Of a stretch of 64,000 nt of DNA, positions 27,101 through 40,664 are shown piece after piece (the stretch's first letter is position 1; every line of letters begins with the position of its first letter). The notes beneath the pieces were generated by a model, which did not search any database, was not told the origin of the DNA, and saw only the letters and a program-made list of their open reading frames with translations. A program made the position numbers and the translations under genes. The stretch comes from Eledone cirrhosa (lineage: Eukaryota): contig OZ024741.1 of assembly GCA_964016885.1 (NCBI GenBank), positions 36,084,001 through 36,148,000 on the forward strand. Reading direction: 5' to 3'.

Positions 27101-30100
27101 CTAAGAACTCTTCAGCCTATGAACTCTTCAGCCTATGAACTCTTCAGCCTATGAACTCTTCACCCTAAGAACTCTTCAGCTTATGGACTCTTCAGCCTAT
27201 GAACTCTTCAGCCTATGAAATGTTCACCCTAAGAACTCTTCAGCCTATGGACTCTTCACGCTAAGAATTCTTCAGCCCATGGGCTATTCTGCCTATGAAC
27301 TCTTCACCCTTATAACTCTTCAGGCTACTAAATCTTCACCCTAAGAACTCTTCGGCCTATGAACTCTCTTCACCCTAAGATCTCTTCAGCCTATAGACTC
27401 TTCAGCCTATAGACTCATCAGCCTATGAACTCTTCAGCCTATGGATTCTTCAGTCTATGAACTCTTCACTCTAAGAACTCTTCAGCCTATGAACTCTTCC
27501 ACCTTTGGACTCTTCAGCCTATGGACTCTTCACCCTATGCACTCTTCAGCCTATGGACTCTTCAACCTATATACTCTTCAGCCTATGGACACTTCAGCCT
27601 ATGAACTCTTCACACTAAGATCTATTCAGCCTATGAACTCTTCACCCTAAGAACTCTTCAGTATATGGACTCCTCAGCCTATGAACTCTTCAGCCTATGG
27701 ACTCTTAAGCTTATGGAATCTTCACACTAAGAACTCTTCAGCCTATGGACTCTTCACCCTAAGAACGCTTCAGTCTATCAACTCTTCAGTCTATGAACTC
27801 TTCAGCCTATGAACTGTTCACCCTTAGAACTCTTCAGCCTATGAACTCTTCACTCTTAGAACTCTTCAGGCTATTATCTCTTCACCCAAGAACTCTTCAG
27901 CCTATGAACTGTTCACCCTAAGAACTCTTCAGCGTATGGACTCTTCAGCCTATGGACCCTTCACACTAAGAAGTCTTCAGCCCATGAACTGTTCACTCTT
28001 AGCTCTTAGAAATCTTTAGCCTAAGAACTGTTCAGCCTATGGACTCTTCAGCCTATGAACTCTTCACCCTTAGAACCCTTCAGCCTATGAACTCTTCACA
28101 CTATGAACACTTCAGCCTATGGTCTCTTCAGCCTATGAACTCTTCACCCTTAGAACTCTTCAGGCTATTAACTCTTCACACTAAGAACTCTTCAGCCTAT
28201 TAGCTTTTCACCCTAAGAACTCTTCAGCTTATGGACTCTTCCGCCTAGGGACTCTTCAGCCTATGGACTCTTCAGACTATGCACTCTTCACCCTTAGAAC
28301 TCTTCAGGCTATTAAGTCTTCAGCCTAAGGACTCTTCAGCCAATGAATTCTTCACCCTAAGAACTCTTCAGCCTATGAACTCTTAGACCTATGGACTCTT
28401 CAGCCTATGGACTTTTCACTCTAAGAACTCTTCAGCCTATGGACTCAAGAGCCTATGAACTCTTCAACCAATGGACTCTTTACCCTAAGAACTCTTCAGC
28501 CTATGAACTCTTCTGGCTATGAAATCTTCACTCTATGAACTCTTCACCCTAAAAACTCTTCAGCCTATGAACTCTTCCCCATAAAAACTATTCAGCCTAT
28601 GGACTATTCACCCAAAGAACTCTTCAGCCTATGGACTCTTGAGCCTATAGACTCTTTAGCCTATGGCAACTTCAGCCTATGAACTCTTCACACTAAGAAC
28701 TCTTCAGCCTATGGACTCTTAAGCCTATGAACTCTTCACGCTAAGAATTCTTCAGCCTATGGACTATTCTGCCTATGAACTCTTCACCCTTAGAACTCTT
28801 CAGGCTATTAACTCTTCACCCTAAGAACTCTTCGGCCTATGAACTCTTCACCCTAAGAACTCTTCACCCTATGGACTCTTCAGCCTATGAACTCTTCAGC
28901 CTATGGACTCTTCCACCTAGGGACTCTTCAGCCTATGAACTCTTCAGCCTATGAACTCTTCAGCCTATGAACTCTTCCACCTAAGGACTATTCAGCCTAT
29001 GGACTCTTCAGCCTATGAACTCTTTACCCTAAGAACTCTTCACCCTGTGAACTCTTCGTCCTAAGAATTCTTCGGGATATGGGCTCTTCACCCGGAGAAC
29101 TATTTAGCCTATGGACTCTTCAGCCTATGAACTCTTCACCCTTAGAACTCTTCAGCCTATGAACTCTTAACCCTAAGAACTCTTCAGCCTATAGTCTCTT
29201 CAGACTATGAACTCTTCAGCCTATGAACTTTTCAGCCTATGGAATCTTCAGCCTATGGACTCTTCACCCTAAGAACCCTTCAGCCTATGGACTCTTCAGC
29301 CTATGAACTCTTCAGCCTATGGACTCTTCACCCTATGAACTGTTCACCCTTAGAACTCTTCAGCCTATGAACTCTTCACCCTAAGAACTCTTCAGCCTAT
29401 GAAATCTTCAGCCTATGAACTCTTCAGCCTATGGACTCTTCAGTCTATGGACTCTTCACTTTAAGAACTCTTCAGTCTATGGACTCTTCAGTCTATAGAC
29501 TCTTCAGCCTAGGAACTCTTTACCCTAAGAAGTCTTCAGCCTATGGACTCTTCAGCCTATGAACTCTTCAGCCTATGAACTCTTCACCCTAAGAACTCTT
29601 CAGCTTATGGACTCTTCAGCCTATGAACTCCTCAGCCTATGAAATATTCACCCTAAGAACTCTTCAGCCTATGAACTCCTCAGCCTATGAAATATTCACC
29701 CTAAGAACTCTTCAGCTTATGGACTCTTCAGCCTATGGACTCTTCACGCTAAGAATTCTTCAGCCTATGGGCTATTCTGACTATGAACTCTTCACCCTTA
29801 GAACTCTTCAGGCTACTAACTCTTCACCCTAAGAACTCTTCGGCCTATGAACTCTTCACCCTAAGAACTCTTCAGCCTATAGACTCTTCAGCCTATGAAC
29901 TCATCAGCCTATGAACTCTTCAGCCTATGGATTCTTCAGCCTATGAACTCTTCACCCTAAGAACTCTTCAGCCTATGAACTCTTCCACCTATGGATTCTT
30001 CAACCTATGGACTCTTCACCCTAAGCACTCTTCAGCCTATGGACTCTTCAACCTATATATTCTTCAGCCTATGGACTCTTCACACTAAGAAATATTCAGC

Positions 30101-33100
30101 CTATGGACTCTTCACCCTAAGAACTCTTCAGTCTATGAACTCTTCAGTCTATGAACTCTTCACTCTTAGAACTATTCAGGCTATTATCTCTTCACCCAAG
30201 AACTCTTCAGCCTATGAACTGTTCACCCTAAGAACTCTTCAGCCTATGGACTCTTCAGCCTATGAACTCTTCACCCTAAGAACTCTTCAGCTTATGGTCT
30301 CTTCTGCCTATGAACTCTTCAGCCTATTGTCTCTCCAACCTATGGACTCTTCACGCTAAGGAATTCTTCAGCCTATGGAGTATTCTGCCTATAAACTCTT
30401 CACCCTTAGAACTCTTCAGGCTATTAAATCTTCACCCTAAGAACTCTTCAGCCTATGAATTCTTCAACCTATGGACTCTTCAGCCTATGGACTCTTCACT
30501 CTAAGAATTCTTCAGGCTATTAACTCTTCACCCTAAGAACTCTTCGGCCTATGAACTCTTCACCCTAAGAACTCTTCAACCTATGGACTCTTCAGCCTAT
30601 GGACTATTCATTCTAAGAACTCTTCAGCCTATGGACTCTTCAGACTATGCACTCTTCACCCTTAGAACTCTTCAGGCTATTAAGTCTTCAGCCTATGGAC
30701 TCTTCAGCCAATGAATTCTTCACCCTAAGAACTCTTAAGCCTATGAACTGTTCAGCCAATGAACTCTTCAGCCTATGGAATCCTCAGCCAATGAACTCTT
30801 CCCCCTAAGAACTCTTCAGCCTATGAATTCTGCAACCTATGGACTCTTCAGCCTATGGACTCTTCACTCTATGAATTCTTCAGGCTATTAACTCTTCACC
30901 CTAAGAACTCTTCGGCCTATGAACTCTTCACCCTAAGAACTCTTCAACCTATGGACTCTTCAGCCTATGGACTCTTCATTCTAAGAACTCTTCAGCCTAT
31001 GAACTCTTCAGACTATGCACTCTTCACCCTTAGAACTCTTCAGGCTATTAAGTCTTCAGCCTATGAACTCTTCAATCAATGGACTCTTTACCCTAAGAAC
31101 TCTTCAGCCTATGAACTCTTCTGGCTATGAACTCTTCACTCTATGAACTCTTCACCCTAAAACTCTTCAGCCTATGAACTCTTCCCCATAAAAACTGTTC
31201 AGCCTATGGACTCTTCACCCTAAGAATTCTTCAGCTTATGGACTTTTCAGCCTATGAAGTCTTCAGCCTATGGACTCTACAGCCTGTGGATTCTTCAGCC
31301 TATGGACTCTTGAGCCTATAGACTCTTCAGCCTATGGACACTTCAGCCTATGAACTCTTCACACTAAGAACTCTTCAGCCTATGGACTCTTCAGCCTATG
31401 GACTCTTCACGCTAAGAATTATTCAGCCTATGGACTATTCTGCCTATGAACTCTTCACACTTAGAACTCTTCAGGCTATTAACTCTTCACCCTAAAAACT
31501 CTTCGGCCTATGAACTCTTCACCCTAAGGACTCTTCACCCTATGGATTCTTCAGCCTATGAACACTTCCACCTAAGGACTCTTCAGCCTATGGACTCTTC
31601 ACCCTAAGCACTCTTCAGCCTATGGACTCTTCAGCCTATGAATTCTTCAGCCTATGGACTCTTCACCCTATGGAGTCTTCACCCTAAGAACTCTTCAGCC
31701 TATGGACTCTTCAGTCTATGAACTCTTCAGCCTATGAACTGTTAACCCTTAGAATTCTTCAGCCTATGAAGTCTTCACCCTAAGAACTCTTCAGCCTATG
31801 GACTCTTCACTCTAAGAACTCTTCAGTCTATGGACTCTTCAGTCTATGGACTCTTCAGCCTAGGAACTCCTTTCCCTCAGAACTCTTCAGCCTATGAACT
31901 CTTCACCATAAAGACTCTTCATCCTATGGACTCTTCACCCTAAGAACTCTTCAGCCTATGGATTCTTCAGCCTATGAACTCTTCAGACTTTGAACTCTTC
32001 ACCCTAAGAACTCTTCAGCTTATGGACTCTTCAGCCTATGAACTCTTCAGCCTATGGACTCTCCAGCCTATGGATTCTTCACGCTAAAAATTCTTCAGCC
32101 TATGGGCTATTCTGCCTATGAACTCTTCACGCTTAGAACTCTTCAGGCAACTAACTCTTCACCCTAAGAACTCTTCGGCCTATGAACTCTTCACCCTAAG
32201 AAATCTTCAGCCTATGAACTCTTCCACCTATGTATTCTTCAGCCTAAGGACTCTTCACCCTAAGCACTCATCAGCCTATGGATTCTTCATCCTATATATT
32301 CTTCAGCCTATGGACACTTCAGCCTATGAACTCTTCACACTAAGAACTCTACACACTATGAACTCTTCAGCCTATGAACTCTTCAACCTATGGACTCTTC
32401 AGCCTATGAACTCTTAACCCTTAGAACTCTTCAGGCTATTAATTCTTCACCCTAAGACCTCATCAGCTTATGAACTCTTCACCCTAAGAACTCTTCAGCC
32501 TATGGATTCTTCAACCTATGGTATCTTAAGCCTATGAACTCTTCACCCTAAGAACTCTTCAGCCTATGAACTCTTCAGTCTATGTACTCTTCAGCCTATG
32601 GACTCTTCACCCTAAGCACTCTTCAGCCTATGAACTTTTCATTCTATGAACTCTTCAACCTATGAACTGTTCACCCTTAGAACTCTTCAGCCTATGAACT
32701 CTTCACCTTAAGAACTCTTCAGCGTATGGATTCTTCAACCTATGGACTCTTTAGCCTATGAACTCTTCACCCTAAGAACTCTTCAGTCTATGAACTCTTC
32801 AGCCTATGAACTCTTCAGCCTATGGACTCTTCAGTCTATGGACTCTTCAGCCTAGGAACTCTTTACCCTAAGAACTCTTCAGGCTATGAACTCTTCAACC
32901 TATGGTCTCTTCAGCCTATGAACTCTTCACCCTTAGAACTCTTCAGCCTATGAATTCTTCACCCTAAGAACTCTTCAGCCTATGAACTCTTCAGCCTATG
33001 GACTCTTCACCCTATGGACTCTTCACCCTATGAACTCTTCAGCCTATGGTCTCTTCACCCTAAGAACTCTTCAGCCTATGAATTCTTCACCCTAAGAACT

Positions 33101-33559
33101 CTTCAGCCTATGGACTCTTCAGCCTATGAACTCTTCACCCAAGAACTCTTCACCCTAAGAACTCTTCAGCCTATGGATTCTTCAGCCTATTAACTCTTCA
33201 GCATATGAACTCTTCAGCCTATGGACTCTTCACACTAAGAACTCTTCAGCCTATGGACTCTTCAGCCTATGAACTCTTTACCCTAAGAACTCTTCAGCCT
33301 GTGAACTCTTCGTCCTAAGAATTCTTCAGGATATGGGCTCTTCACCGGAACAACTATTCAGCCTATGGACTCTTCAGCCTATGAACTCTTCACCCTTAGA
33401 ACTCTTCAGTCTATGAACTCTTCACCCTAAGAACTCTTCAGGCTATAGTTTCTTCAGACTATGGACTCTTCAGCCTATGAACTTTTCAGCCTATGGACTC
33501 TTCAGCCTACGGACTCTTCAGCCTATGGACTTTTCACCCTATGGACTCTTCACCCTAAG

Positions 33560-35140
33560 AACACTTCAGCCTATGGACTCTTCACGCTAGGCAATCTTCA
33601 GCCTATGAACTTTTCAGTCTATGAACTCTTCAACCTATGAACTGTTCACCCTTAGAACTCTTCAGCCTATGAACTCTTCACCTTAAGAACTCTTCAGCGT
33701 ATGGATTCTTCAACCTATGGACCCTTTAGCCTATGAACTCTTCACCCTAAGAATTCTTCAGCCTATGAACTCTTCAGCCTATGAACTCTTCAGCCTATGG
33801 ACTCTTAAGTCTATGGACTCTTCACTCTAAGAACTCTTCAGTCTATGGACTCTTCAGTCTATGGACTCTTCAGCCTAGGAACTCTTTACCCTAAGAACTC
33901 TTCAGCCTATGAACTCTTCAACCTATGGACTCTTCAGCCTATGAACTCTTCACCCTTAGAACTCTTCAGCCTATGAACTCTTCACCCTAAGAACTCTTCA
34001 GCCTGTAGTCTCTTCAGACTATGGACTCTTCAGCCTATGAACTTTTCAGCCTATGGACTCTTCAGCCTATGGACTCTTCATCCTAAGAACCCTTCAGCCT
34101 ATGGACTCTTCAGCCTGTGAACTCTTCAGCCTATGGACTCTTCACCCTATGGACTCTTCACCCTAAGAACTCTTCAGCCTATGGACTCTTCACCCTAAGC
34201 ACTCTTCAGCCTATGAACTCTTCAGTCTATGAACTCTTCAGCCTATGAACAGTTCACCCTTAGAACTCTTCAGCCTATGAACGCTTCACCTTAAGAACTC
34301 TTCAGCGTATGGATTCTTCAACCTATGGACCCTTTAGCCTGTGAACTCTTCACCCTAAGAACTCTTCAGCCTATGAACTCTTCAGCCTATGAACTCTTCA
34401 GCCTATGGACTCTTCAGTCTATGGACTCTTCACTCTAAGAACTCTTTAGTCTATGGACTCTTCAGTCTATGGACTCTTCAGCCTAGGAACTCTTTACCCT
34501 AAGAACTCTTCAGCCTGTGAACTCTTCAACCTATGGACTCTTCAGCCTAGGAACTCTTCACCCTTAGAACTCTTCAGCCTATGAACTCTTCACCCTAAGA
34601 ACTCTTCAGCCTATAGTCTCTTCAGATAATGGACTCTTCAGCCTATGAACTTTTTAGCCTATGGACTCTTCAGCCTACGGACTCTTCATCCTAAGAACCC
34701 TTCAGCCTATGGACTCTTCAGCCTATAAACTCTTCAGCCTATGGACTCTTCACCCTATGGACTCTTCACGCTAAGAACTCTTCAGCCTATGGACTCTTCA
34801 CCCTAAGCACTCTTCAGCCTATGAATTCTTCAGTCTATGAACTCTTCAGCCTATGAACAGTTCACCCTTAGAACTCTTCAGCCTATGAACTCTTCACCTT
34901 AAGAACTCTTCAGCGTATGGATTCTTCAACCTATGGACCCTTTAGCCTATGAACTCTTCACCCTAAGAACTCTTCAGCATATGAAGTCTTCAGCCTATGA
35001 ACTCTTCAGCCTATGGACTCTTCAGTCTATGGACTCTTCACTCTAAGAACTCATCAGTCTATGGACTCTTCAGTCTATGGACTCTTCAGCCTAGGAACTC
35101 TTTACCCTAAGATCTCTTCAGCCTATGAACTCTTCAACCT
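33560..35140 (+). repeat. 608-bp (38-monomer) higher-order repeat, ~2.6 tandem copies
   Basis: The marker accctttagcc occurs at 33721, 34329 and 34937, exactly 608 apart, each preceded by cagcgtatggattcttcaacc. Confidence 0.85.
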
Positions 35141-38100
35141 ATGGACTCTTCAGTCTATGGACTCTTCACTCTAAGAACTCTTCAGTCTATGGACTCTTCA
35201 GTCTATGGACTCTTCACTCTAGGAACTCTTCAGCCTATGGACTCTTCAGTCTATGGAATCTTCACTCTAAGAACTCTTCAGGCTATGAACTCTTCACTCT
35301 ATGAACTTTTCTCCCTCAGAACTCTTCAGCCTATGAACTCTTCACCATAAAAACTCTTCAGCCTATCGACTCTTCACCCTAAGAACTCTTCAGCCTATGG
35401 ACTCTTCAGCCTATGAACTCTTCAGCCTATGAACTCTTCACCCTAAGAACTCTTCAGCTTATGGACTCTTCACCCTATGAACTCTTCAGCCTATGGACTC
35501 TTCACCCTATGAACTCTTCAGCCCATGAACTCTTCACCCTAAGAACTCTTCTGCTTATGGACTCTTCAGCCTATGAACTCTTCAGCCTATGAACTCTTCA
35601 CCCTAAGAACTCTTCAGCTTATGGACTCTTCAGCCTATGAACTCGGCAGCCTATGAAATATTCACCCTAAGAACTCTTCAGCTTATGGACTCTTCAGCCT
35701 ATGAAATCTTCAGCCTATGGACTCTTCAGCCTATGGACTCTTCACGCTAAGAATTCTTCAGCGTATGGGCTATTCTGCCTATGAACTCATCAGTCTATGA
35801 ACTCTTCAGCCTATGGATTCTTCAGCCTATGAACTCTTCACCCTAAGAACTCTTCAGCCTATGAACTCTTCAGCCTATGGATTCTTCAGCCTATGGACTC
35901 TTCACCCTAAGCACTCTTCAGCCTATGGACTCTTCAACCTATATATTCTTCAGCCTATGGACACTTCAGCCTATGAACTCTTCACACTAAGAACTCTTCA
36001 CACTATGAACTCTTCAGCCTATGAACTCTTCAACCTATGGAATCTTCAGCCTATGGCCTCTTCACACTAAGAACTCTTCAGCCTATGGACTCTTCACTCT
36101 AAGAACTCTTCAGTCTATGAACTCTTCAGTCTATGAACTCTTCAGCCTATGAACTGTTCACCCTTAGAACTCTTCAGCCTATGAACTCTTCACTCTAAGA
36201 ACTCTTCAGGCTATTATCTCTCCACCCAAGAACTCTTCAGCCTATGAACTGTTCACCCTAAGAAATCTTCAGCCTATGGACTCTTCAGCCTATGGACTCT
36301 TCACACTAAGAAGTCTTCAGCCTATGAACTGTTCACTCTTAGAACTCTTCACCCTAAGAACTCTTCAGACTATGGTCTCTTCAGCCTATGAACTCTTCAA
36401 CCTTAGAACTCTTCAGGCTATTAACTCTTCACACTAAGAACTGTTCTGCCTATTAACTTTTCACCCTAAGAACTCTTCAGACTATGGCTCTTCAGCCAAT
36501 GCACTCTTCAGACTTTGAATTTTTCAATCTATGGACTCTTCAGCCTATGGACTTTTCACCCTAAGAACTCTTCAGCCTATGGACTCTTTAGCCTATGAAA
36601 TATTCAGCCTATGGACTCTTCAGCCTATGGACTCTTCACCCTAAGAACTCTTCAGCCTATGGACTCTTCACCCTAAGCACTCTTCAGCCTATGAACTATT
36701 CAGTCTATGAACTCTTCAGCCTATGATCTGTTCACCCTTAGAACTCTTCAGCCTATGAACTCTTCAGCCTATGGTCTCTTCACCCTAAGAACTATTCAGC
36801 CTATTAACTTTTCACCCTAAGAACTATTCAGCCTATGGATTCTTCAACCTATGGACTCTTAAGCCTATGAACTTTTCACCCTAAGAACTCTTCAGCCTAT
36901 GGACTCTTCAGCCAATGAACTCTTCACCCTAAGAACTCTTCAGCCTATGAACTCTTCAACCTATGGACTCTTCAGCCTATGGACTCTTCATTCTAAGAAC
37001 TCTTCAGCCTATGGACTCTTCAGCCTATGAACTCTTCACCCTAAGAACTCTTCAGCTTATGGACGCTTCAGCCTATGAACTCTTTAGCCTATTGTCTCTC
37101 CAGCCTATGGACTCTTCACGCTAAGAATTATTCAGCCTATGGAGTATTCTGCCTATGAACTCTTCAACCTTAGAACTCTTCAGGCTATTAAATCTTCAAC
37201 CTAAGAACTCTTCAGCCTATGGATTCTTCAGCCTATGAACTCTTCAGCCTATAAACTCCTAGACCTATGGACTCTTCAGCCTATGGACTTTTCACTCTTC
37301 AGCCTATGGACTCAAGAGACTATGAACTCTTCAACCAATGGACTCTTTACCCTAAGAACTCTTCAGCCTATGAACTCTTCTGGCTATGAACACTTCACTC
37401 TATGAACTCTTCACCCTAAAAACTCTTCAGCCTATGAACTCTTCAGTCTATGAACTCTTCAGCCTATGAACAGTTCACCCTTAGAACTCTTCAGCCTATG
37501 AACGCTTCACCTTAAGAACTCTTCAGCGTATGGATTCTTCAACCTATGGACCCTTTAGCCTGTGAACTCTTCACCCTAAGAACTCTTCAGCCTATGAACT
37601 CTTCAGCCTATGAACTCTTCAGCCTATGGACTCTTCAGTCTATGGACTCTTCACTCTAAGAACTCTTTAGTCTATGGACTCTTCAGTCTATGGACTCTTC
37701 AGCCTAGGAACTCTTTACCCTAAGAACTCTTCAGCCTGTGAACTCTTCAACCTATGGACTCTTCAGCCTAGGAACTCTTCACCCTTAGAACTCTTCAGCC
37801 TATGAACTCTTCACCCTAAGAACTCTTCAGCCTATACTCTCTTCAGATAATGGACTCTTCAGCCTATGAACTTTTTAGCCTATGGACTCTTCAGCCTACG
37901 GACTCTTCATCCTAAGAACCCTTCAGCCTATGGACTCTTCAGCCTATAAACTCTTCAGCCTATGGACTCTTCACCCTATGGACTCTTCACGCTAAGAACT
38001 CTTCAGCCTATGGACTCTTCACCCTAAGCACTCTTCAGCCTATGAATTCTTCAGTCTATGAACTCTTCAGCCTATGAACAGTTCACCCTTAGAACTCTTC

Positions 38101-40664
38101 AGCCTATGAACTCTTCACCTTAAGAACTCTTCAGCGTATGGATTCTTCAACCTATGGACCCTTTAGCCTATGAACTCTTCACCCTAAGAACTCTTCAGCA
38201 TATGAAGTCTTCAGCCTATGAACTCTTCAGCCTATGGACTCTTCAGTCTATGGACTCTTCACTCTAAGAACTCATCAGTCTATGGACTCTTCAGTCTATG
38301 GACTCTTCAGCCTAGGAACTCTTTACCCTAAGATCTCTTCAGCCTATGAACTCTTCAACCTATGGACTCTTCAGTCTATGGACTCTTCACTCTAAGAACT
38401 CTTCAGTCTATGGACTCTTCAGTCTATGGACTCTTCACTCTAGGAACTCTTCAGCCTATGGACTCTTCAGTCTATGGAATCTTCACTCTAAGAACTCTTC
38501 AGGCTATGAACTCTTCACTCTATGAACTTTTCTCCCTCAGAACTCTTCAGCCTATGAACTCTTCACCATAAAAACTCTTCAGCCTATCGACTCTTCACCC
38601 TAAGAACTCTTCAGCCTATGGACTCTTCAGCCTATGAACTCTTCAGCCTATGAACTCTTCACCCTAAGAACTCTTCAGCTTATGGACTCTTCACCCTATG
38701 AACTCTTCAGCCTATGGACTCTTCACCCTATGAACTCTTCAGCCCATGAACTCTTCACCCTAAGAACTCTTCTGCTTATGGACTCTTCAGCCTATGAACT
38801 CTTCAGCCTATGAACTCTTCACCCTAAGAACTCTTCAGCGTATGGACTCTTCAGCCTATGAACTCGGCAGCCTATGAAATATTCACCCTAAGAACTCTTC
38901 AGCTTATGGACTCTTCAGCCTATGAAATCTTCAGCCTATGGACTCTTCAGCCTATGGACTCTTCACGCTAAGAATTCTTCAGCGTATGGGCTATTCTGCC
39001 TATGAACTCATCAGTCTATGAACTCTTCAGCCTATGGATTCTTCAGCCTATGAACTCTTCACCCTAAGAACTCTTCAGCCTATGAACTCTTCAGCCTATG
39101 GATTCTTCAGCCTATGGACTCTTCACCCTAAGCACTCTTCAGCCTATGGACTCTTCAACCTATATATTCTTCAGCCTATGGACACTTCAGCCTATGAACT
39201 CTTCACACTAAGAACTCTTCACACTATGAACTCTTCAGCCTATGAACTCTTCAACCTATGGAATCTTCAGCCTATGGCCTCTTCACACTAAGAACTCTTC
39301 AGCCTATGGACTCTTCACTCTAAGAACTCTTCAGTCTATGAACTCTTCAGTCTATGAACTCTTCAGCCTATGAACTGTTCACCCTTAGAACTCTTCAGCC
39401 TATGAACTCTTCACTCTAAGAACTCTTCAGGCTATTATCTCTCCACCCAAGAACTCTTCAGCCTATGAACTGTTCACCCTAAGAAATCTTCAGCCTATGG
39501 ACTCTTCAGCCTATGGACTCTTCACACTAAGAAGTCTTCAGCCTATGAACTGTTCACTCTTAGAACTCTTCACCCTAAGAACTCTTCAGACTATGGTCTC
39601 TTCAGCCTATGAACTCTTCAACCTTAGAACTCTTCAGGCTATTAACTCTTCACACTAAGAACTGTTCTGCCTATTAACTTTTCACCCTAAGAACTCTTCA
39701 GACTATGGCTCTTCAGCCAATGCACTCTTCAGACTTTGAATTTTTCAGTCTATGGACTCTTCAGCCTATGGACTTTTCACCCTAAGAACTCTTCAGCCTA
39801 TGGACTCTTTAGCCTATGAAATATTCAGCCTATGGACTCTTCAGCCTATGGACTCTTCACCCTAAGAACTCTTCAGCCTATGGACTCTTCACCCTAAGCA
39901 CTCTTCAGCCTATGAACTATTCAGTCTATGAACACTTCAGCCTATGATCTGTTCACCCTTAGAACTCTTCAGCCTATGAACTCTTCAGCCTATGGTCTCT
40001 TCACCCTAAGAACTATTCAGCCTATTAACTTTTCACCCTAAGAACTATTCAGCCTATGGATTCTTCAACCTATGGACTCTTAAGCCTATGAACTTTTCAC
40101 CCTAAGAACTCTTCAGCCTATGGACTCTTCAGCCAATGAACTCTTCACCCTAAGAACTCTTCAGCCTATGAACTCTTCAACCTATGGACTCTTCAGCCTA
40201 TGGACTCTTCATTCTAAGAACTCTTCAGCCTATGGACTCTTCAGCCTATGAACTCTTCACCCTAAGAACTCTTCAGCTTATGGACGCTTCAGCCTATGAA
40301 CTCTTTAGCCTATTGTCTCTCCAGCCTATGGACTCTTCACGCTAAGAATTATTCAGCCTATGGAGTATTCTGCCTATGAACTCTTCAACCTTAGAACTCT
40401 TCAGGCTATTAAATCTTCAACCTAAGAACTCTTCAGCCTATGGATTCTTCAGCCTATGAACTCTTCAGCCTATAAACTCCTAGACCTATGGACTCTTCAG
40501 CCTATGGACTTTTCACTCTTCAGCCTATGGACTCAAGAGACTATGAACTCTTCAACCAATGGACTCTTTACCCTAAGAACTCTTCAGCCTATGAACTCTT
40601 CTGGCTATGAACACTTCACTCTATGAACTCTTCACCCTAAAAACTCTTCAGCCTATGAACTCTT
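34201..40664 (+). repeat. 3,221-bp near-identical tandem duplication (2 copies) inside copy A only
   Basis: Identical ORFs at 35141/38362 and 35813/39034. Markers aactcggcag, cagactttgaattttt and actcaagagac repeat at the same offset. Confidence 0.92.
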
